Numbered from the stretch's first letter, positions 1 through 9,061 are shown. The stretch: 32,000 nt of DNA from Clostridia bacterium (GCA_017624735.1 JAGAMK010000032.1:8719-40718), one strand, 5' to 3'. The notes: generated by a model not told the origin, from the sequence alone. Made by a program: numbers and translations.

Positions 1-1509
1 TAGTCTTTCATATTCATCAGAAGTCTTTAAAACCTGAAAAAGGCTAATACCAAGTGCATCAGCTATTTCTTTAGCCACACTTATAGTAGTTGTGCCTATT
101 CCCCTTTTAGGAACATTGATTATTCTTTCAAGCCTGTAATTATCATCGTGATTAGCAATAACAGATAAATACGCAAGTGCATCTTTTATTTCCATACGTT
201 CATAGAATTTATGACCACCTATAATACGATATGGAATACCACTTCTAACGAAACAACGTTCAATTGAGTTTGACATAGAATTCATACGATACAAGATTGC
301 ATAATCACTGAATTTACCGGTCTCTCCCATTGTTTTCATTATCTCATCTGCAATAAATTTTCCTTCTCCGTATTCATCTTCAAGAGTATTAAGAATGATT
401 TTATCACCTTTACCATTAGATGTCCAAAGATTCTTGCCTTTTCTTTGTTCATTATTTGAAATAACAGCATTAGCACCATCAAGAATATTTTGTGTTGAAC
501 GGTAATTCTCCTCTAATCTTATTACCTGAGCATTTTTAAAGTTCTTTTCAAAACTTAAAATATTTTCAATAGTTGCACCACGGAATTTGTAAATACTCTG
601 GTCATCGTCACCTACAACGCAGATGTTATTGTATCCTTCAGAAAGAAGTTTTGTTAACATAAATTGAGCATGGTTAGTATCCTGATACTCATCAACAAGA
701 ACATACTTAAATTTATTTTGATAATATTCTCTAACATCATCAAAGTTTTCAAGCAATTTGACAGTGTTGAAAATTATGTCGTCAAAATCCATAGCATCAG
801 CTTTTTTAAGCAACTGTTGATACTTGACATAACACTCTCCGATATTTTTCTCTCTATAGTTACCGCTACCTAAGGATAAATACTCATTTGGAGGTACAAG
901 CATATCTTTTGCACGACTGATTTCAGACAAAATGTATTTGTAAGAGAGAAACTTCTCGTCAACATTTAATAGTTTTATACACTCTTTCATTACTCTCTTA
1001 CTATCATCAGTATCATAGATTGTAAATCTTGATGAATAACCCAATAAATCAGCATGTTTACGCAGAATACGTAAGCAAATTGAGTGGAATGTACCAGCCC
1101 AAATATCATTAGCCTCTTCACCTATTCTTACTGTCAATCTATCTTTTAACTCATTTGCCGCTTTATTAGTAAAAGTGAAAGCAAGAATTTCCCATGGTTT
1201 TGGTGCATCGACAGAAATAGTTCTTTTTATATATGGGTATAAATCATTATTGCCATTATAATATTGATTTAGCAAGTCTAATGTGTCATCTTCAACTCTT
1301 GATTCAATAACATCAGAGTTATATGCTTGACCATATTTTATCAAATTAGCAATTCTATTAACAAGTACAGTAGTTTTACCGCTACCAGCACCAGCAAGAA
1401 TTAAAAGCGGTCCGTCAATTGATAAGACCGCTTTTAACTGCATTTTATTCATTCTTTCAAATTCTTTTAAAATAATTTTATCTCTTAACTCACATATTTG
1501 TGAATACAT
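1..1509 (-). CDS. pcrA: ATP-dependent DNA helicase, PcrA/UvrD family. N-terminal ~503 codons only; the 3' end lies beyond the window start.
   Basis: Absent from the ORF track because it is open at the window edge. My minus-strand translation from ATG 1509 gives MYSQICELRDKIILKEFERMNKMQLKAVLSIDGPLLILAGAGSGKTTVLVNRIANL (Walker A). It later contains KYVLVDEYQDTNHAQF (helicase motif II). The frame stays open to position 1. Confidence 0.85.
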   Translation of the reverse strand, partial: MYSQICELRDKIILKEFERMNKMQLKAVLSIDGPLLILAGAGSGKTTVLVNRIANLIKYGQAYNSDVIESRVEDDTLDLLNQYYNGNNDLYPYIKRTISVDAPKPWEILAFTFTNKAANELKDRLTVRIGEEANDIWAGTFHSICLRILRKHADLLGYSSRFTIYDTDDSKRVMKECIKLLNVDEKFLSYKYILSEISRAKDMLVPPNEYLSLGSGNYREKNIGECYVKYQQLLKKADAMDFDDIIFNTVKLLENFDDVREYYQNKFKYVLVDEYQDTNHAQFMLTKLLSEGYNNICVVGDDDQSIYKFRGATIENILSFEKNFKNAQVIRLEENYRSTQNILDGANAVISNNEQRKGKNLWTSNGKGDKIILNTLEDEYGEGKFIADEIMKTMGETGKFSDYAILYRMNSMSNSIERCFVRSGIPYRIIGGHKFYERMEIKDALAYLSVIANHDDNYRLERIINVPKRGIGTTTISVAKEIADALGISLFQVLKTSDEYERL

Positions 1510-1529
1510 CAAAATCACCTATTATATAA

Positions 1530-2255
1530 TTATTCATCATAAGAAATTGTAATGAATTCATCATTTGTTTCACTGTCATCAATAACAACTTCAGTTTCAT
1601 TACATGATTCAACAAACGAATTATATTCAAAATTTACAGGGTTTAACTCAGCTAAATCTGTGTGAAGATTTAATAAATTTGATGCCGATGAATTTAATTT
1701 TGAACTAAGAGCATATACATCTCTATGAAGCTGTTCAATTGATGTATTAAATTTATTAGAAATCACATCAACATCTCTTAAAAGACCTTCAATTTCAAGA
1801 CACTCACGTTTAATATCCTGTGATGCAATAGCGCCAATATCTTTAGCCTTGGAACGTGCATTTTCAACTAAATCATCAGCATAACGTCTTGCGTCAATAT
1901 ATACAGCACCGATTTGTTTTTCAGCACGCTGAAGCTTTTCAGATTTATTATCAAAGTCACTCAGTTTATCATTTAAATCTTTGTTTTCACTAAGCACCTT
2001 TTCTAATTCTTCTGCAAGTTCCTGATTTTCTTTCTCTTTTGCAAAAAGAAGTTCATTTACTTCATTAAGTTTTTCTAATTTTTCATAAACATCATCAAGT
2101 TTTTCTCTTAACTCTATTACTTCTTTTCGTTTTTCATCAAGGAGTAACTTTGTTTCAGCAGTTTCACTTTGCAAATTTTCTATCAATGAAAGAACATCTG
2201 ATTTTTTAAACCCACCGAAAATAGCAGTTTTCATAATAGTAATATCATTTGACAT
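1530..2255 (-). CDS. Coiled-coil protein with a DivIVA-like N-terminus (cell-division/septum-associated type)
   Basis: 241-aa track ORF. The N-terminal FGGFKKSDVLSLIENL resembles the DivIVA F-x-GY-x-x-EVD-x-FL motif. It is followed by a long E/K/L-rich heptad-like region. Confidence 0.5.
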   Translation of the reverse strand: MSNDITIMKTAIFGGFKKSDVLSLIENLQSETAETKLLLDEKRKEVIELREKLDDVYEKLEKLNEVNELLFAKEKENQELAEELEKVLSENKDLNDKLSDFDNKSEKLQRAEKQIGAVYIDARRYADDLVENARSKAKDIGAIASQDIKRECLEIEGLLRDVDVISNKFNTSIEQLHRDVYALSSKLNSSASNLLNLHTDLAELNPVNFEYNSFVESCNETEVVIDDSETNDEFITISYDE

Positions 2256-2387
2256 AACATATTTTCCTTTAAATTATTTATGATTAAACATTTTAACAGA
2301 TTTATCAAAATAAAACAACAAAAAAACAAAAAAATAATAGACAAAAATTGTAAAAAGATGTAGTATAGATTATAAGGAGGAGTTATT

Positions 2388-3359
2388 ATGAATGAAAAAC
2401 AAAAAAAGTTGCTTAAAACAGCAGGTGCTATTGTTACAGCAGCAAGTGCAACATATTTTTTAATAGGAAACGCTTTTTATTATGTTACACTTACAAGAAG
2501 TGGTATGAAAAATCCTTATGTGGCAAAAGTTGCAAGTGGAACTAAGAAAAAAGATGATGAAAGACTTCGCCTTGATGCAATTAAAGAAGAAGGAAAATAT
2601 TGGTTTGATAGTGTGGACAAAGAAGAACTTATAATTAAATCGTCTACAACTAATAAATTCCTTCATGCAAATTACATTTTCCCTAAAAATCAAAGTGACG
2701 TTTTCGTGCTTATTATTCATGGATATACTTCCAGTCCTCGTGGCATGGGAATGTACGCACAGAAATATCATGAATTAGGATATAATGTAGTTCTACCAAG
2801 TCTTAATGGCCATGCTGATAGTGAGCAAGAAACTATAACAATGGGCTGGCAAGACAGATTAGATGTACTTGATTGGATTAATTTTATTGTCGAAAACTAT
2901 CCTGATTCTAAAATAATTATTCACGGCGAATCGATGGGTGCAGCAACAACAATGATGGTAACTGGAGAGAGTTTACCTGATAATGTGAAGGTTGCTGTTG
3001 CAGATTGTGGTTATACATCAGTTTGGGATATATTCAGCAATAAAATAAAGAATAACTTCAAAATGCACGAATTTCCAACATTATACTGTGCAAACACAGT
3101 TAATAAAATATACTCTGGTTTCGATTTTAAAGAAGCATCTTCTATTGAACAATTAAAAAAATCAAAAACTCCAACAATTTTTATTCATGGTGAAAAAGAT
3201 ACTTTCGTTCCTTATGCGATGTTAGACAAGGTTTACAATGCAGCTGCTTGTGAAAAAGATAAAGTTACCATTCCAAATTCCCCTCACGCAAGAAATGCTT
3301 GTGCTAACCCAGAGTTGTATTGGTCTTCAATACTTAATTTCATAAAGAGATACTTATAA
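2388..3359 (+). CDS. Membrane-anchored alpha/beta hydrolase (serine hydrolase)
   Basis: AGGAGG lies 6-7 nt upstream of the ATG. There is an N-terminal hydrophobic helix. The nucleophile elbow is HGESMGAA (G-x-S-x-G), with late D and H residues consistent with a catalytic triad. Confidence 0.8.
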   Translation: MNEKQKKLLKTAGAIVTAASATYFLIGNAFYYVTLTRSGMKNPYVAKVASGTKKKDDERLRLDAIKEEGKYWFDSVDKEELIIKSSTTNKFLHANYIFPKNQSDVFVLIIHGYTSSPRGMGMYAQKYHELGYNVVLPSLNGHADSEQETITMGWQDRLDVLDWINFIVENYPDSKIIIHGESMGAATTMMVTGESLPDNVKVAVADCGYTSVWDIFSNKIKNNFKMHEFPTLYCANTVNKIYSGFDFKEASSIEQLKKSKTPTIFIHGEKDTFVPYAMLDKVYNAAACEKDKVTIPNSPHARNACANPELYWSSILNFIKRYL

Positions 3360-3400
3360 AAAAATTGTCCGTAATACAAAATGTATTACGGACAATTTTT
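3358..3400. terminator. Bidirectional rho-independent terminator between convergent genes
   Basis: Perfect hairpin attgtccgtaataca-aaa-tgtattacggacaat, flanked by an A-run on the left and a T-run on the right. Confidence 0.85.
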
Positions 3401-5448
3401 TAGATTCCTGCTGCTATTTGAAGTATTTTTCTTGCATCAATTGCAGTTACTTTACCATCATTATTAATATCAGCACACTTTAATTGTTGAGAATTAAGTG
3501 ATTTTATTCCGGCTGCATATTGTAATACATGTCTTGCATCAATTGCAGTTACTTTTCCGTCGTTGTTAACATCGCCTATTATATAATCACCAGTAACAAC
3601 AACTTTGCATGCAGCTGAAAGATTACCTACTTTTGCGGTAACAATAGCTTCACCTTTACCAACTGCTGTTACTTTGCCGTTTTCCACCTTAACGACATTA
3701 TCGTTAGATGACAACCAAGTCACTGTCTTGTCATCCGTAGTGTCAACAGGATTAAAGGATACAGTTAAATTTTTAGTTTCACCTAATGATAAAGTCAAAG
3801 TTGCTTTATCTAAAGAAATAGATTTAAGCGGAATTTTTTCAGCTTCTCCGCGAATAATTTCTATGCTATAAGTTCTAACATCACCATTTTCGGCAGTTAC
3901 AATTATCTTAAAATGATTAATGCCTTCATTAAGCGAACACTTGCCCACGCCTTTAATTGTAGCTTTTGAGTTAACTGCTTTAGCCGAAATATTAACTGAT
4001 GAAACATCATGTGACACACTCAATGAATAACCAGTTGTTTTGGCAGCATCAAAACTCAAACTATAACCTTCTATTGAAAGCGAACTTAACCAGTTATTAG
4101 GATTAGCATTAGATGCTACAGGTAGTTGACACGGTTCTGCAGGCATATTTTTATAATATGGGATAATAAATGTAAAGCTATGGTCTAATATATCTAAATT
4201 GGAATATGTTTTTCTAATATGTACGGATTCTGTTGCGGGAGCTGTAATATTAGCCATATACTGATGATTCCAGTTCTTATTTACCACATTAAATTTTTGA
4301 TAATATAATGTGTCTTGATTATTGTTTATATACCCATTACCTATCCATTTTGCACCACCGACAATTGCTTTATATGGTGAATCCCAAGGTAAATTATACT
4401 TGGATTTTTCAGATGATGATGCATTTACACCTGATGCGTATTTAAGCCCTTCACCTATTGGATTGCTACCGGATGCAGCCATAATATTGTAATAATTATA
4501 ATAACCGTTATAGCCGGGATATGTACCACTTGTTGAGCCACTGCCGTTAGTACCTACTTCTTGAACTGTTCTTGAAGCAAGATGGAATGGACTGACACCG
4601 GAAATCTTTGCAGCCTCAATATATGCCTGTGCATAAGATATTTGATTACCATTAGTATCGGTAATCAGTTTATCTTCCATGAAGGTTCCTTTTAATATCT
4701 TTTCAACACCATCAATTGTTTGAGTCTTTTCATCATAAGATAAAGCTTCAAACATAAAGATATTATTATCATTCAGGAAATTTCTTGGGTCCATGTAGTG
4801 GAAAATGGTTTTATCGTTTGCATGGTACCATCCACCGCTGTCCGTTGCAATCCAACTATCTGTTCTCCAGTTATAACAGTCTTTTTCAGTTGAACGATAG
4901 GACAAAGGAAAAGTTTTATAAATCATACTCTTTAAACGGTCGCCTTGTGCATCATCTGATATCAAAGTTGACCATTCTATTCCTGTATCATAAAACTTAA
5001 ATTTCCAATTTGGATGTGTCTTTGCAAGATTTTCAATATATTCCTTATAAATCTCCGGTACATCTTCAGGTAATTCAATATCACCTGACGGTGTTTCAAC
5101 AACTCGTACAAAATTAGCATAAACATATCCTTCAAATTCAATACCGTCATATTTAAATTTAATATGATGCCAAGTTTTATAAGTCGTATCACCATCACTA
5201 TCAACAGTTTCAATAATTGAAACCTCGTGTCCTGTATCCAGCATTATATTACTGCCATTATGTTTAAGCTTATTATCCTTAGTAGTTGTTGGACCTTTTC
5301 TAACAAAAACATTATCATCAATAATATATCCCTTTTTTATATCAGAACTTGCATATGCCGAAAAGAATCCAGAAAAAGACATTAAGGTTGAAACAACTAA
5401 TACTAGAGATATAAGTCTGTTTAAAAACTTATTCTTCAAAACTTTCAC
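3400..5448 (-). CDS. Secreted multidomain cell-wall hydrolase: SH3-like, GH73 N-acetylglucosaminidase-like, cadherin-like beta-sandwich, Big_2 and type I dockerin domains
   Basis: Signal peptide: KVLKNKFLNRLISLVLVVSTLMSFSGFFSAYA. GH73-like core: GVSPFHLASRTVQEVGTNGSGSTSG...YNYYNI. Big_2 domain: ATLTLSLGETKNLTVSFNPVDTTDDKTVTWLSSNDNVVKVENGKVTAVGKGEAIVTA. The C-terminus has a duplicated dockerin Ca-binding repeat (GDVNNDGKVTAIDARHVLQYAAG and ADINNDGKVTAIDARKILQIAAG). The start is uncertain: GTG 5448 or TTG 5439 is preferred over the TTG at 5499 used by the track. Confidence 0.8.
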   Translation of the reverse strand: MKVLKNKFLNRLISLVLVVSTLMSFSGFFSAYASSDIKKGYIIDDNVFVRKGPTTTKDNKLKHNGSNIMLDTGHEVSIIETVDSDGDTTYKTWHHIKFKYDGIEFEGYVYANFVRVVETPSGDIELPEDVPEIYKEYIENLAKTHPNWKFKFYDTGIEWSTLISDDAQGDRLKSMIYKTFPLSYRSTEKDCYNWRTDSWIATDSGGWYHANDKTIFHYMDPRNFLNDNNIFMFEALSYDEKTQTIDGVEKILKGTFMEDKLITDTNGNQISYAQAYIEAAKISGVSPFHLASRTVQEVGTNGSGSTSGTYPGYNGYYNYYNIMAASGSNPIGEGLKYASGVNASSSEKSKYNLPWDSPYKAIVGGAKWIGNGYINNNQDTLYYQKFNVVNKNWNHQYMANITAPATESVHIRKTYSNLDILDHSFTFIIPYYKNMPAEPCQLPVASNANPNNWLSSLSIEGYSLSFDAAKTTGYSLSVSHDVSSVNISAKAVNSKATIKGVGKCSLNEGINHFKIIVTAENGDVRTYSIEIIRGEAEKIPLKSISLDKATLTLSLGETKNLTVSFNPVDTTDDKTVTWLSSNDNVVKVENGKVTAVGKGEAIVTAKVGNLSAACKVVVTGDYIIGDVNNDGKVTAIDARHVLQYAAGIKSLNSQQLKCADINNDGKVTAIDARKILQIAAGI

Positions 5449-5495
5449 ATCCTTTTTACTAATACATAATATTTTAACAAAAAACACAAAAATCG

Positions 5496-6698
5496 TCAAG
5501 ATTCATATATTTCCATTATTTTCATAATATTTTCTTTTTCAGTTTCCAGTACTGAATTATCTGTATTTTTTGTTAAAAAGGATGAAGAATATATTGAAAA
5601 TCCTTTTAAATTATTATTGATGACATCTGATATTTGTCTTGATATTATATCAGAGTTATTTAACCATTCTTGTTTTCCCGATTTAGCATACGAATCTGTT
5701 TTACCTGACTTATAAATACCTAAACCAATTATAAGTTTAGAATTATTTATAGACATCCATTTAAACAATGTATTTGCAAACGGTATATCCTCATTTTCAT
5801 AACCGTAGTATATTTGAGGTATAATATAATCAGCATAACCATCTTCGGTTAACCATTTAATTACATCTGCATAATGATTATTATAGTTTTTATCTATATC
5901 ACCACTTGGGCTAATACTAAAACATAAATCTTCATTAAAACTTTTTACTAATGCATAAATTGAGGTTACTAATGAGTTTATATTTCGCCTTCTATAATCA
6001 TCTAATTTTAGATTACCGCCTATCTCTTTATAGGAATTATATATTTCCTTATCAATATTCTCCGATGTAGTTGGATAAAAGTAATCGTCAATGTGAATAC
6101 CATCAACGGAATAATTATCAAGAATTTCTCGAATTCCATTTAATATATATTTCTGCACTTCAACATATGCAGGATTGTAATATATGTTATTATCTGTGAC
6201 AATTAATCTATCATTATATCCATCATTTAAATATCCATATGCTAAGGTATTTTCAGGAATTTTTCCTGTGTCATTGTCATTTCTTATTCTATAAGGGTTT
6301 ATCCAAGCATGTACTTCTATTCCTAAAGGTTTGCAAATATCAATAAAATTTTGTAAAACATCAAATTTGAGATTTCCTTCTTGATTAGCACAATATGTAC
6401 TAACAGGATAAATTTTTGATTTATAAAAACAATCATCGAAAGCTCGTACATGTAAAAAAACTACGTTAATATTATATTTTTTTAATGTGCTTACCATTTC
6501 GTGTATATTAATTTCAAATTCCTTCTCATTGTTAGAATTATTAACAAATTCTTTTATTTCCTGATATGTAATCCATGTTGCAATAATTTTTTTATCTTCT
6601 GCTTCAATAATTATATCGTCTTTTGAATCAAGTTGTATATTTGAACATGATGAAATCATAAATAAACATATAACAATCAAATAAAAAATTTTTTTCAA
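5496..6698 (-). CDS. Lipoprotein, glycosyl-hydrolase-like family 10 (GHL10/YngK-like, DUF187-type)
   Basis: Motifs VFLHVRAFDDCFYKSKIYP, HAWINPYRI and GIHIDDYFYP are typical of GHL10 TIM-barrel proteins. The likely start is TTG 6698 (after GGTGAG), giving MKKIFYLIVICLFMISSC with a lipobox cysteine. The track ORF extends to 6731. Confidence 0.7.
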   Translation of the reverse strand: MKKIFYLIVICLFMISSCSNIQLDSKDDIIIEAEDKKIIATWITYQEIKEFVNNSNNEKEFEINIHEMVSTLKKYNINVVFLHVRAFDDCFYKSKIYPVSTYCANQEGNLKFDVLQNFIDICKPLGIEVHAWINPYRIRNDNDTGKIPENTLAYGYLNDGYNDRLIVTDNNIYYNPAYVEVQKYILNGIREILDNYSVDGIHIDDYFYPTTSENIDKEIYNSYKEIGGNLKLDDYRRRNINSLVTSIYALVKSFNEDLCFSISPSGDIDKNYNNHYADVIKWLTEDGYADYIIPQIYYGYENEDIPFANTLFKWMSINNSKLIIGLGIYKSGKTDSYAKSGKQEWLNNSDIISRQISDVINNNLKGFSIYSSSFLTKNTDNSVLETEKENIMKIMEIYES

Positions 6699-6724
6699 AA
6701 ACTCACCTTTTTTCAAAAAACATA

Positions 6725-6771
6725 TTGACAATATAACTTTTTATGTTATAATAACAGTAATCATTACTGTT
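6725..6771 (+). promoter_or_regulatory. Sigma-A-type promoter of the perR-rbr operon, with a 19-bp perfect palindrome (candidate PerR/Fur-family operator)
   Basis: TTGACA (6725-6730), a 16-nt spacer ending in TGt, then TATAAT (6747-6752). This is immediately followed by aacagtaat-c-attactgtt (6753-6771). Confidence 0.6.
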
Positions 6772-6786
6772 AGTGAGGTGAACAAA

Positions 6787-7167
6787 ATGGCAATTGAAAG
6801 AAAAAGCAAACAACGTGATGCAATAATTAATGAATTATGTTCACGTTACGACCATCCAACAGCTATGGAACTTTATCTTTCAGTAAGAGAGGTAATTCCA
6901 AACCTTAGTTTAGGAACGCTTTATAGAAATCTTTCCCAACTTGAAGAAAACGGTATGGTTTTGAGAATACCAGATGGTTCAACTGACCGTTTTGATGGAA
7001 ATGCTCACCCTCATGTCCATTTTAAATGTTCAATCTGTGGTAAAGTATATGATTTAATGTCATTTAAAAATGACTCTATCACCTTTTCTGATGAGATTAT
7101 AGGTAAAGTAAATAATTACAGTTTAATGGCTTTCGGCGAATGCAAACACTGTAATCAAATAAATTAA
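6787..7167 (+). CDS. perR: Fur-family transcriptional regulator, PerR-like peroxide-stress repressor
   Basis: The ATG at 6787 is preceded by GAGGTG (the track start GTG 6778 is less likely). HTH region: [36 protein letters not shown]. Two CxxC pairs (CSICG, CKHC) are present. The gene lies directly upstream of rubrerythrin. Confidence 0.75.
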   Translation: MAIERKSKQRDAIINELCSRYDHPTAMELYLSVREVIPNLSLGTLYRNLSQLEENGMVLRIPDGSTDRFDGNAHPHVHFKCSICGKVYDLMSFKNDSITFSDEIIGKVNNYSLMAFGECKHCNQIN

Positions 7168-7193
7168 ATTTTAAATTTTTGGAGGAAAAAGAA

Positions 7194-7739
7194 ATGAAAA
7201 AATTTGTATGTTCAGTATGTGGTTATGTTCATGAAGGAGATTCAGCACCAGAAAGATGCCCTCAGTGCAAAGTTCCTGCTGACAAATTCAATGAAATTAA
7301 AGAAGATGAAAGAACATGGGCAGCAGAACACGTTGTAGGTGTTGCTAAGGGTGTTCGTGAAGATATTATTATGGACCTTAGAGCAAACTTTGAAGGAGAA
7401 TGTTCAGAAGTTGGTATGTACCTTGCTATGGCAAGAGTTGCTCATCGCGAAGGCTATCCTGAAATTGGTCTCTACTGGGAAAAAGCTGCTTGGGAAGAAG
7501 CAGAACATGCTGCTAAATTCGCAGAACTTCTTGGTGAAGTTGTAACAGACAGCACAAAGAAAAACCTTGAAATGAGAGTTGACGCTGAAAATGGTGCAAC
7601 TGCAGGTAAATTTGACCTCGCTAAACGTGCTAAAGAACTTGGTCTTGATGCAATCCACGATACAGTTCATGAGATGGCTCGTGACGAGGCAAGACACGGG
7701 AAAGCATTTGAGGGACTTCTCAAGAGATATTTCGGTTAA
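7194..7739 (+). CDS. rbr: Reverse rubrerythrin (N-terminal rubredoxin-like CxxC...CxxC domain plus C-terminal diiron ferritin-like domain). The last ~13 codons past the attL core are supplied by the inserted element.
   Basis: GGAGG at 7181-7185 precedes ATG 7194. The N-terminus is [32 protein letters not shown]. ExxH diiron motifs are present ([20 protein letters not shown]). Confidence 0.9.
   Translation: MKKFVCSVCGYVHEGDSAPERCPQCKVPADKFNEIKEDERTWAAEHVVGVAKGVREDIIMDLRANFEGECSEVGMYLAMARVAHREGYPEIGLYWEKAAWEEAEHAAKFAELLGEVVTDSTKKNLEMRVDAENGATAGKFDLAKRAKELGLDAIHDTVHEMARDEARHGKAFEGLLKRYFG
7674..7699 (+). repeat. attL core (26-bp perfect direct repeat)
   Basis: atggctcgtgacgaggcaagacacgg is identical to 15927..15952. 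It is embedded in a ~103-bp imperfect repeat (7659-7762 versus 15912-16015, about 17 mismatches by hand alignment). Confidence 0.85.
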
Positions 7740-7764
7740 TCCCCTTTCTCTATAAATATACTAT

Positions 7765-7797
7765 TACGAGTGGCTGAAAAGTCACTCGTATTTTTTT
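7765..7797 (+). terminator. Rho-independent terminator after the reconstituted rbr; lies on the element side of attL
   Basis: Hairpin tacgagtg-gctgaaaagt-cactcgta followed by ttttttt. Confidence 0.8.
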
Positions 7798-7820
7798 GTT
7801 TGTAAATACATAAGTCGTCA

Positions 7821-7978
7821 AAAAGTAGTCAATAAGACTTTAAAACACTTCTATTATCACCCAAAAGTGGTCATAAGAAAAAGTGGTCATCCTTGTAACA
7901 ACATATTAACAAAATTTATTTAACTATTCAACAAAATATTAACAAGTTTTCTACAACTTTTTTGAGAAAAATATTAAC
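7821..7978 (+). repeat. Left-arm repeat cluster (candidate integrase arm-type or accessory-factor sites)
   Basis: aaaagtagtca (7821-7831) and aaaagtggtca (7863-7873, 7879-7889) are present. taacaac at ~7896 is the inverse of the right-arm gttgtta. atattaac(a) occurs three times (7903, 7936, 7971) at ~33-35 bp spacing. Confidence 0.5.
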
Positions 7979-8014
7979 TTGTCGTTTTTAAAGCACAGGT
8001 TACTTGTTTTAGAG

Positions 8015-8023
8015 TGATATAAT
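8015..8023 (+). promoter_or_regulatory. Extended -10 promoter element upstream of the tandem paralog genes
   Basis: TGaTATAAT. I saw no convincing -35. The implied leader is ~150 nt before ATG 8176. Confidence 0.35.
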
Positions 8024-8175
8024 ATAGACACAACAAAGGGAGAGACACCAAAACAAAAAACCAAAAGGAGTGAGTAAACAAGAGGTAAATGGTTAATCCC
8101 TAAGTTAAATAAAACAATATTAAAATAATAAAAAATAAGGTGACGACTTACCGTTTTAAGAAAGGAAACTTCAAT

Positions 8176-8583
8176 ATGAAAAATACTATCAGAGAAACAA
8201 AAATTGACCTTGCAAACAACCTTACAATCGACCACGCAAACAAAACAATTACAGTGACAAAACAGTTCCAAAAGGCTTCAGGAAAATATGGTTCAGAAGA
8301 ATATTTAGTTTGTGAAGAACTTATGTCAAAGTTTAAAGACTATCGTTTTGTAGTAAGAACACAGAAAAAGAGAAAGTCAACAACACTCTCATATGATGAA
8401 ATGACAAAATACATTTCAAAGCACGACGATAACGGTGAAATCATGAATGAGTTCCTTGTTATGAGAGGCTTAAAAGCAAATGAAAACAATGAAAAGACAT
8501 CAGAGTCACCAAAAGAGATTAGAAATTGGTTTTTCACAAAATATCCTGAACTCAAGAAAATCAATGAAAAAAAAGTTGCTTAA
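8176..8583 (+). CDS. Hypothetical protein, paralog A of a tandem pair
   Basis: AAAGGAAA SD lies before ATG 8176 (the track ORF starts earlier at 8140). It shares with the next gene the blocks DHAN-K-I, F-V/I-VR, YD-x-M-x-KYI and W-F-x-x-KYPE, and the C-terminal KVA. Confidence 0.65.
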   Translation: MKNTIRETKIDLANNLTIDHANKTITVTKQFQKASGKYGSEEYLVCEELMSKFKDYRFVVRTQKKRKSTTLSYDEMTKYISKHDDNGEIMNEFLVMRGLKANENNEKTSESPKEIRNWFFTKYPELKKINEKKVA

Positions 8584-8606
8584 TTAAGAAAGGAAGGTAA
8601 TAAATT

Positions 8607-9029
8607 ATGGCAAAATCAAGAACACCTGTTAAATTCGACCATGCGAACAATAAAATAATTCTTTACAAATGGTTTGAGGAAAAAGCACGATACCCTAAGA
8701 ATGATGAATATACAATGCTTGCTAATTTTATAAAAAGTTTTCCAAATTATACTATAACTGTTCGTGATGATATAAAAACAAACAGTAAACAGGAACACTA
8801 CAAAGGGTTAAAATACGATTATATGGAAAAGTATATAAGAAGGTTTGAACCTGAAGAAACAAGAGAAGAAGTTCTCAAAGAACTTGAGGATAGAAAATTC
8901 ATAAGTCAGTGTCATTCAAAGGGGCATCGTTATCCCACAATAAAGAAATGGTTTTTAGAAAAATATCCTGAGGTAACAACAAATGGTATGCCAATTATTA
9001 CTGATACACCACTCGAAAAAGTTGCATAA
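8607..9029 (+). CDS. Hypothetical protein, paralog B of a tandem pair
   Basis: AAGGAAGG SD lies before the ATG. Similarity to 8176..8583 is visible by eye (FDHANNKIILYKWF, ITVRDDIK, YDYMEKYIRR, IKKWFLEKYPEV, EKVA). Confidence 0.65.
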   Translation: MAKSRTPVKFDHANNKIILYKWFEEKARYPKNDEYTMLANFIKSFPNYTITVRDDIKTNSKQEHYKGLKYDYMEKYIRRFEPEETREEVLKELEDRKFISQCHSKGHRYPTIKKWFLEKYPEVTTNGMPIITDTPLEKVA

Positions 9030-9061
9030 AAGGAAGAATAAATAATGAAACTTAATAAGAT

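Noticed and set aside
664-873. 69-aa plus-strand ORF from the track.
   Set aside because: It lies antisense inside the pcrA coding region. It has no SD, and its I/L/K/N-rich composition is typical of antisense frames in AT-rich genes.
2460-2771. 103-aa minus-strand ORF.
   Set aside because: It is antisense within the well-supported alpha/beta hydrolase gene, with no SD or motif.
3605-5213. Track ORFs 3605..3871 (+), 4785..5000 (+) and 4977..5213 (-).
   Set aside because: All are nested in, or out of frame with, the 3400..5448 multidomain hydrolase gene, whose domains are clearly recognisable.
7339-7697. Track ORFs 7339..7545 (+) and 7404..7697 (-).
   Set aside because: They overlap the rubrerythrin CDS in other frames and have no independent support.
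7951-8271. 106-aa minus-strand ORF at the left arm of the element.
   Set aside because: It runs across the predicted promoter/leader and the 5' end of paralog A. It is Cys/Phe/Leu-rich low-complexity sequence with no SD.
8340-8798. Minus-strand ORFs 8340..8564 and 8616..8798.
   Set aside because: They are antisense to the two paralog genes, which are supported by SD sites and mutual similarity.
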